Below, piece by piece: positions 36,001-45,251 of a stretch of DNA of 64,000 nucleotides. The number at the start of each line of letters is the position of its first letter. Positions within the stretch are counted from its first letter, which is position 1. This DNA comes from Clostridia bacterium (lineage in GTDB: Bacteria; Bacillota; Clostridia; Oscillospirales; CAG-272): NCBI GenBank assembly GCA_017446155.1, contig JAFSRI010000053.1, forward strand, positions 78,018 to 142,017. Direction: 5' to 3'. The notes below the pieces were generated by a model. That model worked only from the letters and a program-made list of their open reading frames with translations, searched no databases and was not told where the DNA came from. A program made the position numbers and the translations under genes.

Positions 36001-38247
36001 TCAATCCGACGTTTCGCTGTATCTGAAATCGACCGTGATGACCGTGCCTCTTTCCGCAACCGTTCCCGGCGAGAGCGACTGGCTGTTTGCCGTAGCGCCG
36101 GTGCCGTTTGTCGCGCCCGAAAGACAAATGTTAAAGCCCGCGTCAGCAAGACGTTTGTTTGCGTCGGCGGCTGTCATGCCGATGACGCTCGGAACCGTCG
36201 CCATGGCGGAACTTTCGGCGCCGGACGTGTAAAGGATGACCTTGCCGTTCTCCGCCGACATTTTACTGCCGGACGTCGGTACTTGATTTATAACAGACGT
36301 GCCCTGGCCGACAATTTCATACGTGAGTCCGTCGGCGCTGAGGCTGTTTATCGCCGTGTCAAGCGATTGACCGCGATAATTCTTTACCGTTATCTGCAAT
36401 TTTTGCATCTCGGCGGGAGTATACACCGGTTCAACGCCCATATAGGGAAGGATCTCCGAGAGCATTTTTGCTATATAAGGTGCCGCGACAGTGCTTCCGT
36501 AGCGCGAACCTATCGTCGGTTCGTCAACTATAAGAATTATGCTTATCTGCGGATCATACGAGGGAGCGAACGCGACGGTTGACGCTATGCGTTTGTCGCC
36601 GACAGAACCTTTTTCAGAAGTACCGGTTTTTGCGGCGACCGAATATCCCGCGACGTATGCGTTTTTAGCTCCGCCGTCGGTTGCAACGCCTTCGGCGAGA
36701 ATAGAGCATATAGTTTTCGCCGTATCTTGGCTTATCACCTGTCTTTTTTCCGTTGTTCCGAACGACGCCAACACCTTTCCGCTGTCATCTGTTATCTGTT
36801 TTACTATATGTGGCGTTACAAGCGTTCCGCCGTTGGCAACCGCCGATATTGCCGTAAGTTGTTGTATCGGGGTGACGTTATATCTTTGCCCGAACGAATA
36901 CACCGCAAGGTCGAGCATCGTCATTTTGCTTGGCGACATATACACCGAACTTGTTTCACCGGGCAAATCTATGCCTGTTTTTGCGTCAAGTCCGAAAGCC
37001 GAAAAATATTTCATGAACGTTTCAACGCCCACTCTTTCGGAAAGCATCATCATTGTGGGGTTGCACGATTGTTGAAGTCCGCGTGCAAAATCGACAAGCC
37101 CGTGACCGGTCGTCTTGTGACAGTGGATAGTTGTGCCGAGCACGACGTAATGACCCGGGCAATAGAAAGTGTCAGTCAGCTTTGCCTTGTTTTCTTCAAG
37201 CGCCATTGATGTGATGAATACTTTTGACGTTGATCCCGGCTCATACGTTTCCGAGAGCGCTTTGTTGTTCCACATTTCAAGCAAATACCCCGACAGCGCC
37301 TTTTTGTATTCCTCCGTGTCCTCGCCGTATGTGGCGGCGGCGCTTGCTATTTTGTTGTTGTAATAATCGACTATCTGCATGGGGTTGTTAAGATCAAAGC
37401 TCGGATATACCGCCCATGCCAGAATTTCGCCGCTTGATGGCGACATGGCTATCGCTGTCGCGCGGGAATTGCATCCTGCCTCAGTCGCCGCCTGTTCGAG
37501 ATAGTTTTCGACGATACTTTGTATTTTATAATCTATCGTTGACGTAAGATTCGCACCGTTTGACGCGTCGATGTATGTTTCATAGTTATACGGCATCGAC
37601 CCGCCGCCGCCGTTCTTTGCCGCCATTATTTTCCCGCTCGTACCTGAAAGGACGCTGTTATAACTGTATTCAAGCCCGTAACTGCCGCCGTCTGTGCCGC
37701 AAAAGCCTATGACGTGGCTTGCAAGGGTAGAGAACGGATAGACGCGCGTCGTCATTTCCGCTAAATTTATTTTGCGGTAAAGGTTGTTGTCGGCGATGAA
37801 CTGCCGAACAACGTCCGCCGTATCTTCATCGACGTTTTTCTTTATCGTTCTGTCTTTATATCTTGTTTTTTGCGCCTCTTCGTATATGTAGTCGTAATCA
37901 ACGCCGAGAATATCGCTCAGTCCTTGACAGATAAGCACGCGTTCTTCTTCGCTTTCAATGTCATGGGGAGAGATGAATATTCTTTCGGTTGTGTAGTTTG
38001 TTGCCAAAACTATGCCGTTTCTGTCGGTAATGGTGCCTCTTGCCGCCGTTATCGGCGTTTCGTATATCATCTGTTCTATAACAGCTGTGCGATAGTCTTG
38101 ATATTTAAGTATTTGCAGATAGAACAGTCTGCCGAAAAGCACGGCGGCTACGAGTGTGCAGGCGGCAAACAGCAAAAAAGAGCGCGAACGAATCGTGCTG
38201 CCCTGACGGCCGAGTATCGAATCCGGTTTGTCGTTTTGCCTTGCCAT
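36001..38247 (-). CDS. class B penicillin-binding protein (FtsI/SpoVD type) with two C-terminal PASTA domains
   Basis: TM anchor, PBP dimerisation domain, SxxK (GSTSKV) and two PASTA repeats at the C-terminus. Confidence 0.9.
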   Translation of the reverse strand: MARQNDKPDSILGRQGSTIRSRSFLLFAACTLVAAVLFGRLFYLQILKYQDYRTAVIEQMIYETPITAARGTITDRNGIVLATNYTTERIFISPHDIESEEERVLICQGLSDILGVDYDYIYEEAQKTRYKDRTIKKNVDEDTADVVRQFIADNNLYRKINLAEMTTRVYPFSTLASHVIGFCGTDGGSYGLEYSYNSVLSGTSGKIMAAKNGGGGSMPYNYETYIDASNGANLTSTIDYKIQSIVENYLEQAATEAGCNSRATAIAMSPSSGEILAWAVYPSFDLNNPMQIVDYYNNKIASAAATYGEDTEEYKKALSGYLLEMWNNKALSETYEPGSTSKVFITSMALEENKAKLTDTFYCPGHYVVLGTTIHCHKTTGHGLVDFARGLQQSCNPTMMMLSERVGVETFMKYFSAFGLDAKTGIDLPGETSSVYMSPSKMTMLDLAVYSFGQRYNVTPIQQLTAISAVANGGTLVTPHIVKQITDDSGKVLASFGTTEKRQVISQDTAKTICSILAEGVATDGGAKNAYVAGYSVAAKTGTSEKGSVGDKRIASTVAFAPSYDPQISIILIVDEPTIGSRYGSTVAAPYIAKMLSEILPYMGVEPVYTPAEMQKLQITVKNYRGQSLDTAINSLSADGLTYEIVGQGTSVINQVPTSGSKMSAENGKVILYTSGAESSAMATVPSVIGMTAADANKRLADAGFNICLSGATNGTGATANSQSLSPGTVAERGTVITVDFRYSETSD

Positions 38248-38386
38248 TTTAAATTTCTCCTCGGTTTTATAACAAAAAGAGTAAAGAGCATATATTATAT
38301 TCTCCTCACTCTGAAAAAGTTATGACGATATTACATTATATTTTTGCCGCGCGAAAATATGCAGGCAAAAAAGAGAATAAGACGTT

Positions 38387-38902
38387 TCAGTTGAGAAAAT
38401 CAATGAGTTTCTCAAAGTTTTTGCTTATTGCGCCGAGCAGGGTGTTTATCTTCGAGCCGAGTGTGTTTTCCGGCTCTATCACCTCGCTTACGTCGGCGGA
38501 TTCTTCACTTTCAAAATACACCGTGGTGTTCTTTTTTGACGAAAGCCCAAGCTGTGACGAAGTGCTTTCTATTTCAAACTGAGAATATTTGTAATCAAGC
38601 TGACCTTTAAGCGTTTGCTCCTCGGACGAAAGAGCATTGAGGGAGTTTTTCATCTTTGACACTTCCGAGGAAAGATCGGATATTTGAACGAACGTAAAGA
38701 TGATAAACATGAAAAGCACCGTAAACACCACAGCGCCAACTATCATAAGCAGTGGCAGTGGCTTTTTTTCGGTGGATTTAACCGTGTTGTATCTCACCCC
38801 TCCTCCTCCGCAAGCATCGGAAAGGGAAGAGAAAACACTTTTTTTGTTGGATAAATTTTTGGAGTTTTTGGAGTTGTTTGAAAAATGGTTGTTTGTGTTC
38901 AT
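38387..38902 (-). CDS. ftsL: FtsL-like cell division protein
   Basis: Single TM helix followed by a coiled-coil-like segment. Position between rsmH and the PBP. ATG at 38902; the track extension overlaps rsmH. Confidence 0.6.
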   Translation of the reverse strand: MNTNNHFSNNSKNSKNLSNKKSVFSSLSDACGGGGVRYNTVKSTEKKPLPLLMIVGAVVFTVLFMFIIFTFVQISDLSSEVSKMKNSLNALSSEEQTLKGQLDYKYSQFEIESTSSQLGLSSKKNTTVYFESEESADVSEVIEPENTLGSKINTLLGAISKNFEKLIDFLN

Positions 38903-38939
38903 ACTCTTTCCTTTCTCGTTTTTTTGCGGTTTTAGGAGA

Positions 38940-39875
38940 TCATATTTTTTCCGCGCTGCGCAGCTTTGCACTGTGAGAGCGTCTGTTAAGCGTAAGTTCT
39001 TGTTCGGTGGGAAGTATCGGCTTTCTTGAAAGCAACCGTACCTGCGGCTTTTTGCCGCACACGCAAACGGGGAAATCCGGCGGGCAAGTGCAACCTTTTT
39101 CAAGCCGTGCAAACACTTGCTTTACGGCTCTGTCTTCAAGCGAATGAAACGTTATCACGGCAATTCTTCCGCCTTCGTTCAGTATCGACACCGTGTCCTC
39201 TATCGTCGGTGCAATGACGGAAAGTTCTCCGTTTACCTCTATTCTTATCGCCTGAAACGTTTGCTTCGCGGGATGGTGCCCCGATAAAAGCTCTTTTTTC
39301 GGAGCGACGGATTTTATTATATCGACCAACTCAAACGTTGTTTCTATCGGCTTCTCGGCGCGGCGCTTGATAATTTCCCGCGCTATCCTCGGCGCGTTGT
39401 TTTCTTCGCCGTATTCCCAAAGGATGCGTTTTATATCATCCTCGGAATAATCGTTTACGACGTCGTATGCCGAAAGGGAGGCGCCGCTGTCCATTCTCAT
39501 GTCGAGCGGTGCGTCGAGGTTATATGAAAATCCACGCTCTGCTGTGTCGAGTTGATATGACGAAACACCGAGGTCGAACATCGCACCGTCAATTTTTTCA
39601 ATTCCGAGTGACGACACTATATTTTTTATATTTTCAAAGTTATCGTGAATAAAAAATATTTTGTCCTTATATGCTTCAAGCCGTTTCGACGCTGCGTTAA
39701 TCGCTTCCGTATCGCGGTCAATGCATATCAGCTTGCCGTCTTTCAAACGTTTTACAATCTGCTCCGAATGACCGCCGCCACCGAGCGTTCCGTCAACGTA
39801 AATTCCGTTTGGTTTTATATCGAGCGCGTCGATGCACTCTTCGAGCATCACGGGAAAATGACTGAATTCCGCCAT
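38940..39875 (-). CDS. rsmH: 16S rRNA (cytosine1402-N4)-methyltransferase RsmH
   Basis: VDGTLGGGGHSE SAM motif. Confidence 0.95.
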   Translation of the reverse strand: MAEFSHFPVMLEECIDALDIKPNGIYVDGTLGGGGHSEQIVKRLKDGKLICIDRDTEAINAASKRLEAYKDKIFFIHDNFENIKNIVSSLGIEKIDGAMFDLGVSSYQLDTAERGFSYNLDAPLDMRMDSGASLSAYDVVNDYSEDDIKRILWEYGEENNAPRIAREIIKRRAEKPIETTFELVDIIKSVAPKKELLSGHHPAKQTFQAIRIEVNGELSVIAPTIEDTVSILNEGGRIAVITFHSLEDRAVKQVFARLEKGCTCPPDFPVCVCGKKPQVRLLSRKPILPTEQELTLNRRSHSAKLRSAEKI

Positions 39876-40294
39876 CAGCCCTCCAACGCCAGCATAAGCG
39901 CCTCTATCTCCTGCGAGCTTTCAAGCTCTTTTTCTTTCTCCCATGCAGCCGATGACCAAATCTCTATATATGACCCTACGCCTATCACGACGACGTCTTT
40001 TTCTATCGAGGCATATTCTCTTAGCACCGCCGGAATAAGTATTCTGCCCTGAGAGTCGGGGGTTGGGTCTGTCGCCGCGGAGTAAAGAAAGCGGCGAACT
40101 TTTCTGGCTTGAACGGTGGGGAACTCTTCTATTTTTGCCGAGAATTTTTCCCACTCGGCTTTGGGATAAACGCAAAGGCACGGATCGACTCCGCGGGTAA
40201 CGACAAAACCTTCCCCGAGCTCGTCGCGGAATTTTGCCGGTATGAACACGCGCCCTTTTGTATCGGCGCTGTGAGAATACTCTCCGAGGAACAT
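39875..40294 (-). CDS. mraZ: transcriptional regulator MraZ
   Basis: Duplicated GRVFIPAKFR / GRILIPAVLR repeats. The ATG at 40294 has an AAGGAG RBS. Confidence 0.9.
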   Translation of the reverse strand: MFLGEYSHSADTKGRVFIPAKFRDELGEGFVVTRGVDPCLCVYPKAEWEKFSAKIEEFPTVQARKVRRFLYSAATDPTPDSQGRILIPAVLREYASIEKDVVVIGVGSYIEIWSSAAWEKEKELESSQEIEALMLALEG

Positions 40295-40350
40295 TTTTGC
40301 CGTCTCCTTTCTGCGATTGTGGAAAACTTTGTTGAAACTGTGGAAAACCA

Positions 40351-40380
40351 CCACTTTTCACCACTTATCGCCACTTTTGT
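40351..40380 (-). promoter_or_regulatory. MraZ operator: three phased direct repeats
   Basis: Minus strand: AAGTGG repeated 3 times with exact 10-nt spacing. The plus-strand CCACTT copies start at 40351, 40361 and 40371. The site lies immediately downstream of the -10 box. Confidence 0.65.
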
Positions 40381-40386
40381 GTTTTA

Positions 40387-40415
40387 ATTATAAACTATAC
40401 CTGAAAAAAATACAA
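40387..40415 (-). promoter_or_regulatory. dcw (mraZ) promoter
   Basis: Minus strand: TTGTAT(40415-40410), 17 nt, TATAAT(40392-40387). Confidence 0.6.
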
Positions 40416-40435
40416 TACTTTTTTTGAAAAAAACT

Positions 40436-40475
40436 AAAAATAAAAAAAGAAATTTCTGTCAAAAACAGAAATTTC
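40436..40475 (-). terminator. intrinsic terminator of the coaD transcript
   Basis: GAAATTTCTGT(40449-40459)/ACAGAAATTTC(40465-40475), 11 bp perfect, followed on the minus strand by a long U-run. Confidence 0.75.
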
Positions 40476-40610
40476 AGTGTAAAGAATGGGTTGTAATTCA
40501 ATTATTTAATAAAAAATCCTCAAAAGCCCCGTAAAGCCAAACGCTTAACAAAACACACACGCCCGTTCTCGTAACCGACCGATCGTTTGTTTCCTTATAT
40601 AATATATTTG

Positions 40611-40800
40611 AAACACCGTTCTGCAAGCGTGTGGGAACGAGCCGGTAAAAGCTGTCGGTACATCACGCAGGCGCTTGCAACATTGTGTTTTGCTTACATA
40701 ATTATTTTATATCTGTAACACCGTTCTGCACGCGCGGGATAGAACGAGCCGGTAGAAAACAGCGGTATATAACGGGGTTTGCTGTATTATGCTTTGCTTA
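40611..40800. repeat. tandem imperfect duplication (~90-nt units, ~106-nt period) covering the coaD 3-prime end and downstream region
   Basis: 40612-40700 resembles 40718-40800. Shared blocks are AACACCGTTCTGCA, GAACGAGCCGGTA and TGCTT(A/T). Unit B includes the last coaD codons. Confidence 0.7.
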
Positions 40801-41266
40801 TATCTTTATATAATATCTCTGCTACCCCTTCCGGCAAAAGAGAAGATACGTCCTCTTCCGCTTTGAGTTTATCTCTTACCAAAGTGGAACTTACGTTTTT
40901 GTATTTCGGCTTGCATTTAAGAAGTACCGTGGGAATTCCGCAGTGCGCGAGGTTAAAGTCCGCCTGCAACTTTTCATATTTGCGATCTTTTTCGTTTCGA
41001 TAGCCCTTTATAATCGCCTCGACGGACTCTTTCACCGCATATTCAAACAGCATGCCGTCTTCATATATCACCTTCACATTTTCAATTCCCTCCGTCGCCT
41101 TTTTAAGCGCTTCGAGCCTTGTTTCGATAGAGAATGCAGGATGCTTTTCGGCGTTGTCGAAAATGCCGACGATGAGCGTGTCGCACATTTCGGCCGCCCT
41201 GCGGATAATATCGAGATGTCCCACCGTCACCGGATCAAATGTTCCCGCGGTAAGCGCTGTTTTCAT
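40787..41266 (-). CDS. coaD: phosphopantetheine adenylyltransferase
   Basis: GTFDPVTVGHLDII nucleotidyltransferase motif. 159 aa. Confidence 0.9.
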   Translation of the reverse strand: MKTALTAGTFDPVTVGHLDIIRRAAEMCDTLIVGIFDNAEKHPAFSIETRLEALKKATEGIENVKVIYEDGMLFEYAVKESVEAIIKGYRNEKDRKYEKLQADFNLAHCGIPTVLLKCKPKYKNVSSTLVRDKLKAEEDVSSLLPEGVAEILYKDISKA

Positions 41267-41835
41267 TCTTCGTCCTCCGATTTCGGCATAAGATAAAAGA
41301 TATAAACTCTTCCGTAACGCGCCTGCTTTGTTATGGTATATCGGCTGGTAATTTCATCGTCATTTGTAAGCTCGTCGCTCTCGTCCTCGCAAATGACGAT
41401 CGTCGTTGATTTCAGCATTTTTGCGTCGTAAAGCGATACGACGGCGTCTTTTATCAAGCGCTTTGCATACGGCGGATCGACGAATACTATATCGAACTTG
41501 CTTCTGCCGGCGGCGGATTTGATATATTGCGCGTAATCGTTGCACAGGACGTTTGATTTTTGATAAAGTTTCGTTTTTTGCGCGTTTTCGGTGATTATTT
41601 TTGACGCGTCTCTGGAATTATCCACAAACGTGCATTTTTCCGCTCCTCTCGAAAGCGCTTCCAGTCCCATTTGCCCCGAACCGGCGAAAAGGTCGAGCAC
41701 GCACCTGCCCTCGATGTCAAACTGTATGGATGAGAACACTGCCTCTTTCACTTTTTCGGTCGTCGGTCGCGTTATCTCTTCTCCTTCGAGCGTCGCGAGT
41801 CTTGTGCCGCGCGCACTTCCCGTAATTATTCTCAT
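41263..41835 (-). CDS. rsmD: 16S rRNA (guanine966-N2)-methyltransferase RsmD
   Basis: RPTTEKVKEAVF, LDLFAGSG and DPPY motifs. Confidence 0.9.
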   Translation of the reverse strand: MRIITGSARGTRLATLEGEEITRPTTEKVKEAVFSSIQFDIEGRCVLDLFAGSGQMGLEALSRGAEKCTFVDNSRDASKIITENAQKTKLYQKSNVLCNDYAQYIKSAAGRSKFDIVFVDPPYAKRLIKDAVVSLYDAKMLKSTTIVICEDESDELTNDDEITSRYTITKQARYGRVYIFYLMPKSEDEE

Positions 41836-41889
41836 GTTTATTTTGCAAGGACATCACGCTCTGCGGCGACCTTGCTTTCCTCCCGATTT

Positions 41890-43716
41890 TTATTTTTTAA
41901 AATATTCAATGATGTTTTCCGCTGTTTCTTCATTTATGCCTTTCACCGAGCAAAGCTCCTTTTTGCTCGCTTTTTTTACGCCCGAAAGTCCGCCGAAACG
42001 ACTAAGCAGCGCCTTGGCTTTCGCCGGACCGACGCCGCCAATGTTTTCAAGCACGGACGTTTTGCCCTCTTTACGTTTTGCACCCATCATTTTTGACACG
42101 GTGAATCGGTGGACTTCCTCCTGTATTCTGTAAATGAGCGAATAAACTTGTTGCTCTGTACGAATTTCTATCTCATTCCCATCCTCGTCCACGAGCGCCC
42201 GCGTCTTGTGGTGATCGTCTTTAACCATTCCCAAAACCGCCGTATATTTTCCCGCGCGCGCCATTCCGTCCTTTGCCGCCGACACTTGCCCCGCGCCGCC
42301 GTCGATGAGAAACAGATCGGGAATTTTCGTTTTGTCGTCGTCAAAATGCGAGCAACGCCGCTCGACCGCCTCTCTCATCGAGGCGTAGTCGTCGCGCGTA
42401 TCGACGGTTTTCATTTTGAAAACGCGATATTCGCTCTTTTTCGGCATTCCGTCGATAAACGTCACCATGCCCGCCGTTATATGCTCGTCGCCGAGGTTTG
42501 AAATATCAAACGCTTCAATTCGTTGAGGCACCGTTTCGAGCCCGGCGAGCTGAGCCAGCCTTGTAAGAACTGCGGAGTTTTTTGAAGATACCGAGATATA
42601 TTCTTTGCATTTCTGCTCGGCGTTCTCCACCGCCATTTTGCACAACAGCGCTTTTTCTCCGCGCTTCGGCACGGCTATCTTCGATTTGCCCCCGCCGTGG
42701 TCGGCAAGCCACTGCTCGATAAGCGTTATATCATCGTCGTCCAGCTCTCCGCTTACGTCAATCTCCGACGGCACGTATTCGCGTTTTGAATAAAGCTCAC
42801 AGATAAAAGTGCAGAGCGCCGATGAGTCGATGATCTCGCCGGCCGAGAAAAACATAACTTCCGAATCGACGAGTTTGCCGTTTCTTATATAAAACACGCA
42901 AACGGCGCTTACGGCGTCGCCGTTATATACGGCGATAACGTCGCGTTCCGTGCCGGGCGATGCCACTACTTTTTGCTTGTCTTTCAGTTTATCTATCGCG
43001 CGAATCCTGTCGCGGTAAACCGCCGCCGCCTCATAAAGTTCGTTTTCGGCGGCATAAGTCATCTTCTCTGTCAGCTCGTCTATCGTCGCCTTGTAATTGC
43101 CGCAAAGAAAATCCACAGCTTCCTTTACGCGCTGTTTAAACTGCTCTGTGCTCACGTCCTCGTCGCATGGCGCAATACATCCCATTTGCCGATAGATGCA
43201 GTGCGTTACCTTGCCTTTTTCTTTTGGGAATTTTCTGCGGCATGGGGGAAGACCGAACGTTTTTTCAATGGCTGAAACTATGCCGTATGCGGTGGATGTG
43301 CCGGTGTACGGGCCGAAATACGTCGCTTTTGCGTCATCTCTTCTGCGAGAAACGGTGAATTTCGGATATTCGTCGTGAAGATTCACAACGACGTAAGGGT
43401 AGGACTTATCGTCTTTGAGTTTTATGTTATACCGCGGTTTATACAGCTTTATCAAACTGTTTTCAAGAGAGAGCGCCTCAATTTCCGTGTCGCAGACGAT
43501 ATATTCGAAATCACGCACGAGCGACGTCATAATATCCGTCTTTGTACTCTTGAAATCGTTTTCGTGAAAGTATTGAGAAACGCGGTTTTTCAGTTTTTTC
43601 GATTTGCCGACATAAATCACTTTTCCGCCGGCGTCACGCATAATATACACGCCGGGCGTAAGCGGCAAAAGCGCGGCTTTTTCACGCAGACTTTCCGCAT
43701 ATTTGGAATTTACCAC
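41890..43716 (-). CDS. uvrC: excinuclease ABC subunit C
   Basis: GIY-YIG N-terminus (GVYIMRD...VIYVGKSKKLKNR) and C-terminal HhH2. GTG start with an AGGAG RBS. Confidence 0.95.
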   Translation of the reverse strand: MVNSKYAESLREKAALLPLTPGVYIMRDAGGKVIYVGKSKKLKNRVSQYFHENDFKSTKTDIMTSLVRDFEYIVCDTEIEALSLENSLIKLYKPRYNIKLKDDKSYPYVVVNLHDEYPKFTVSRRRDDAKATYFGPYTGTSTAYGIVSAIEKTFGLPPCRRKFPKEKGKVTHCIYRQMGCIAPCDEDVSTEQFKQRVKEAVDFLCGNYKATIDELTEKMTYAAENELYEAAAVYRDRIRAIDKLKDKQKVVASPGTERDVIAVYNGDAVSAVCVFYIRNGKLVDSEVMFFSAGEIIDSSALCTFICELYSKREYVPSEIDVSGELDDDDITLIEQWLADHGGGKSKIAVPKRGEKALLCKMAVENAEQKCKEYISVSSKNSAVLTRLAQLAGLETVPQRIEAFDISNLGDEHITAGMVTFIDGMPKKSEYRVFKMKTVDTRDDYASMREAVERRCSHFDDDKTKIPDLFLIDGGAGQVSAAKDGMARAGKYTAVLGMVKDDHHKTRALVDEDGNEIEIRTEQQVYSLIYRIQEEVHRFTVSKMMGAKRKEGKTSVLENIGGVGPAKAKALLSRFGGLSGVKKASKKELCSVKGINEETAENIIEYFKK

Positions 43717-43828
43717 AATATCTCTCCTTTCCGCATTGTCACCGTGCAGTCGCGGTCAAACGGCATTTGAATTTCAAATAAAAAGCGACAGATAAAACGT
43801 TACCTGCCGCGAAATGTTTGAGATAATA

Positions 43829-44086
43829 TCAAAGGGAGTTGTTTACAAGCTCTTCAAGACCGTTCAACGCTTCCGTTTCGTCCGGACCGTCAGCTATAAG
43901 AGTTACCGTCATTCCGCCGACGATGCCCATCGACAATACGCCGAGAAGGCTCTTCGCACTGATGCGTCGGTCGTCCTTTTGTATCCAAATAGAGCTGGAA
44001 TATGTGTTTGCTTTCTGAATAAAGAATGTGGCGGGCCTTGCGTGAAGACCAACACTGTTTTTTATTGTAACATCTCTGGAAATCAT
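43829..44086 (-). CDS. ptsH: phosphocarrier protein HPr
   Basis: GLHARPA (His15) and KSLLGVLSMG (Ser46). The ATG at 44086 has an AAGGAG RBS. Confidence 0.9.
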   Translation of the reverse strand: MISRDVTIKNSVGLHARPATFFIQKANTYSSSIWIQKDDRRISAKSLLGVLSMGIVGGMTVTLIADGPDETEALNGLEELVNNSL

Positions 44087-44202
44087 ACTTATCGCTCCTT
44101 TTGGTATTGTCATGCGGCACAAATAATTGCCTGAAATTTATTAGTATATTTTATTATATCAAATCATTTGGTCAAAATCAATAGTTTTTTGAATATTTTT
44201 TG

Positions 44203-44697
44203 TTATTTTGCCGAAGAAACGGAAACGTCCGTCAGCGTCATCGAAAATTCAATGTCGGTGCTGTAAACGTATATGACCTCAGATATTGTGGCGAGAGTAT
44301 TTCCGCCGATGAGAAATCCCGACTCTCCGGCGGTTCCGTAAAGCACGCACACGCCTTTTACGTCATAATTTTCGGGATGCTCCACTCTTTGCAGATTCCC
44401 GTCGCCGTCGGTGGCGTATACCTTAGATTTTTCCGAAGTTGTCGAAACGATATACCCTATCTCTTTGTCGCCTGTTGAAAGATACAGTTTTGTGCCTTCC
44501 GTAAGTTTTTTTGTCATTTGTTCGGCTGTTGACTGCATTACTCCCGGGACGATGAACTCAGCTGTGATTTTCGAGTCGAAGTCGTCTGACGAGATGAATC
44601 TGAATCTGAAAGCAATTCCGACGACGCACGCGATTAAAGCGAGAATGATTATCGCGTCAAAAATACTGAAATGAAACTTTTTGTTCTCTTTTGCCAT
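44203..44697 (-). CDS. DUF4330-like membrane-anchored protein
   Basis: N-terminal F-x-x-x-D plus a TM helix, then a beta-rich ectodomain. Paralogue of the upstream gene. AAGGAG RBS. Confidence 0.6.
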   Translation of the reverse strand: MAKENKKFHFSIFDAIIILALIACVVGIAFRFRFISSDDFDSKITAEFIVPGVMQSTAEQMTKKLTEGTKLYLSTGDKEIGYIVSTTSEKSKVYATDGDGNLQRVEHPENYDVKGVCVLYGTAGESGFLIGGNTLATISEVIYVYSTDIEFSMTLTDVSVSSAK

Positions 44698-44711
44698 AGC
44701 GATCAACTCCT

Positions 44712-45215
44712 TTACTCAATGGAAAAAGCGGTGCAGTACGCTTTTTTCGCAAATGCGCCGTGTCTGATGTAAAACGGGGAGCCGACAAGAATTCTGTTCG
44801 AGCCGATATAAGCTATGCCGCGATCGTCAACTGATGCTGTGACATAAATGGTGATATACACGTCGAATAGGTTGTCGTATTCGGAATATGCAGCGGTTTT
44901 TCCGCCTTTTCCGTCATCGGCTACCGTATCGCCCACATAAAGTGTGTGTTTCGCCTGAACTTCTCTCACCGTGCCTAAAACGTTTCCGGTCGAAGAATCG
45001 GTTATTGTGTCGTTTTCTTTTATCATAGCGAGATAATCGGCGTTGACGCCGGGCAGTTTAAGCGTATATACCACCGTCTTGTCGCCGCTCGGCGCGGTGG
45101 TGGTTCTTCTTGAAACGAAAAAGTAAACTATTGCCGCCGTCATTGCCAGCGCAAGAACTATAACAATTACGTCTACAAAGTTGAATCTGCTTTTTTGGAC
45201 GTTTTTGCTTTCCAT
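44712..45215 (-). CDS. DUF4330-like membrane-anchored protein
   Basis: Same architecture as 44203-44697. Confidence 0.6.
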   Translation of the reverse strand: MESKNVQKSRFNFVDVIVIVLALAMTAAIVYFFVSRRTTTAPSGDKTVVYTLKLPGVNADYLAMIKENDTITDSSTGNVLGTVREVQAKHTLYVGDTVADDGKGGKTAAYSEYDNLFDVYITIYVTASVDDRGIAYIGSNRILVGSPFYIRHGAFAKKAYCTAFSIE

Positions 45216-45251
45216 ATATAAAACCCCTTTCTCAAAGAAATCAAATATAAA

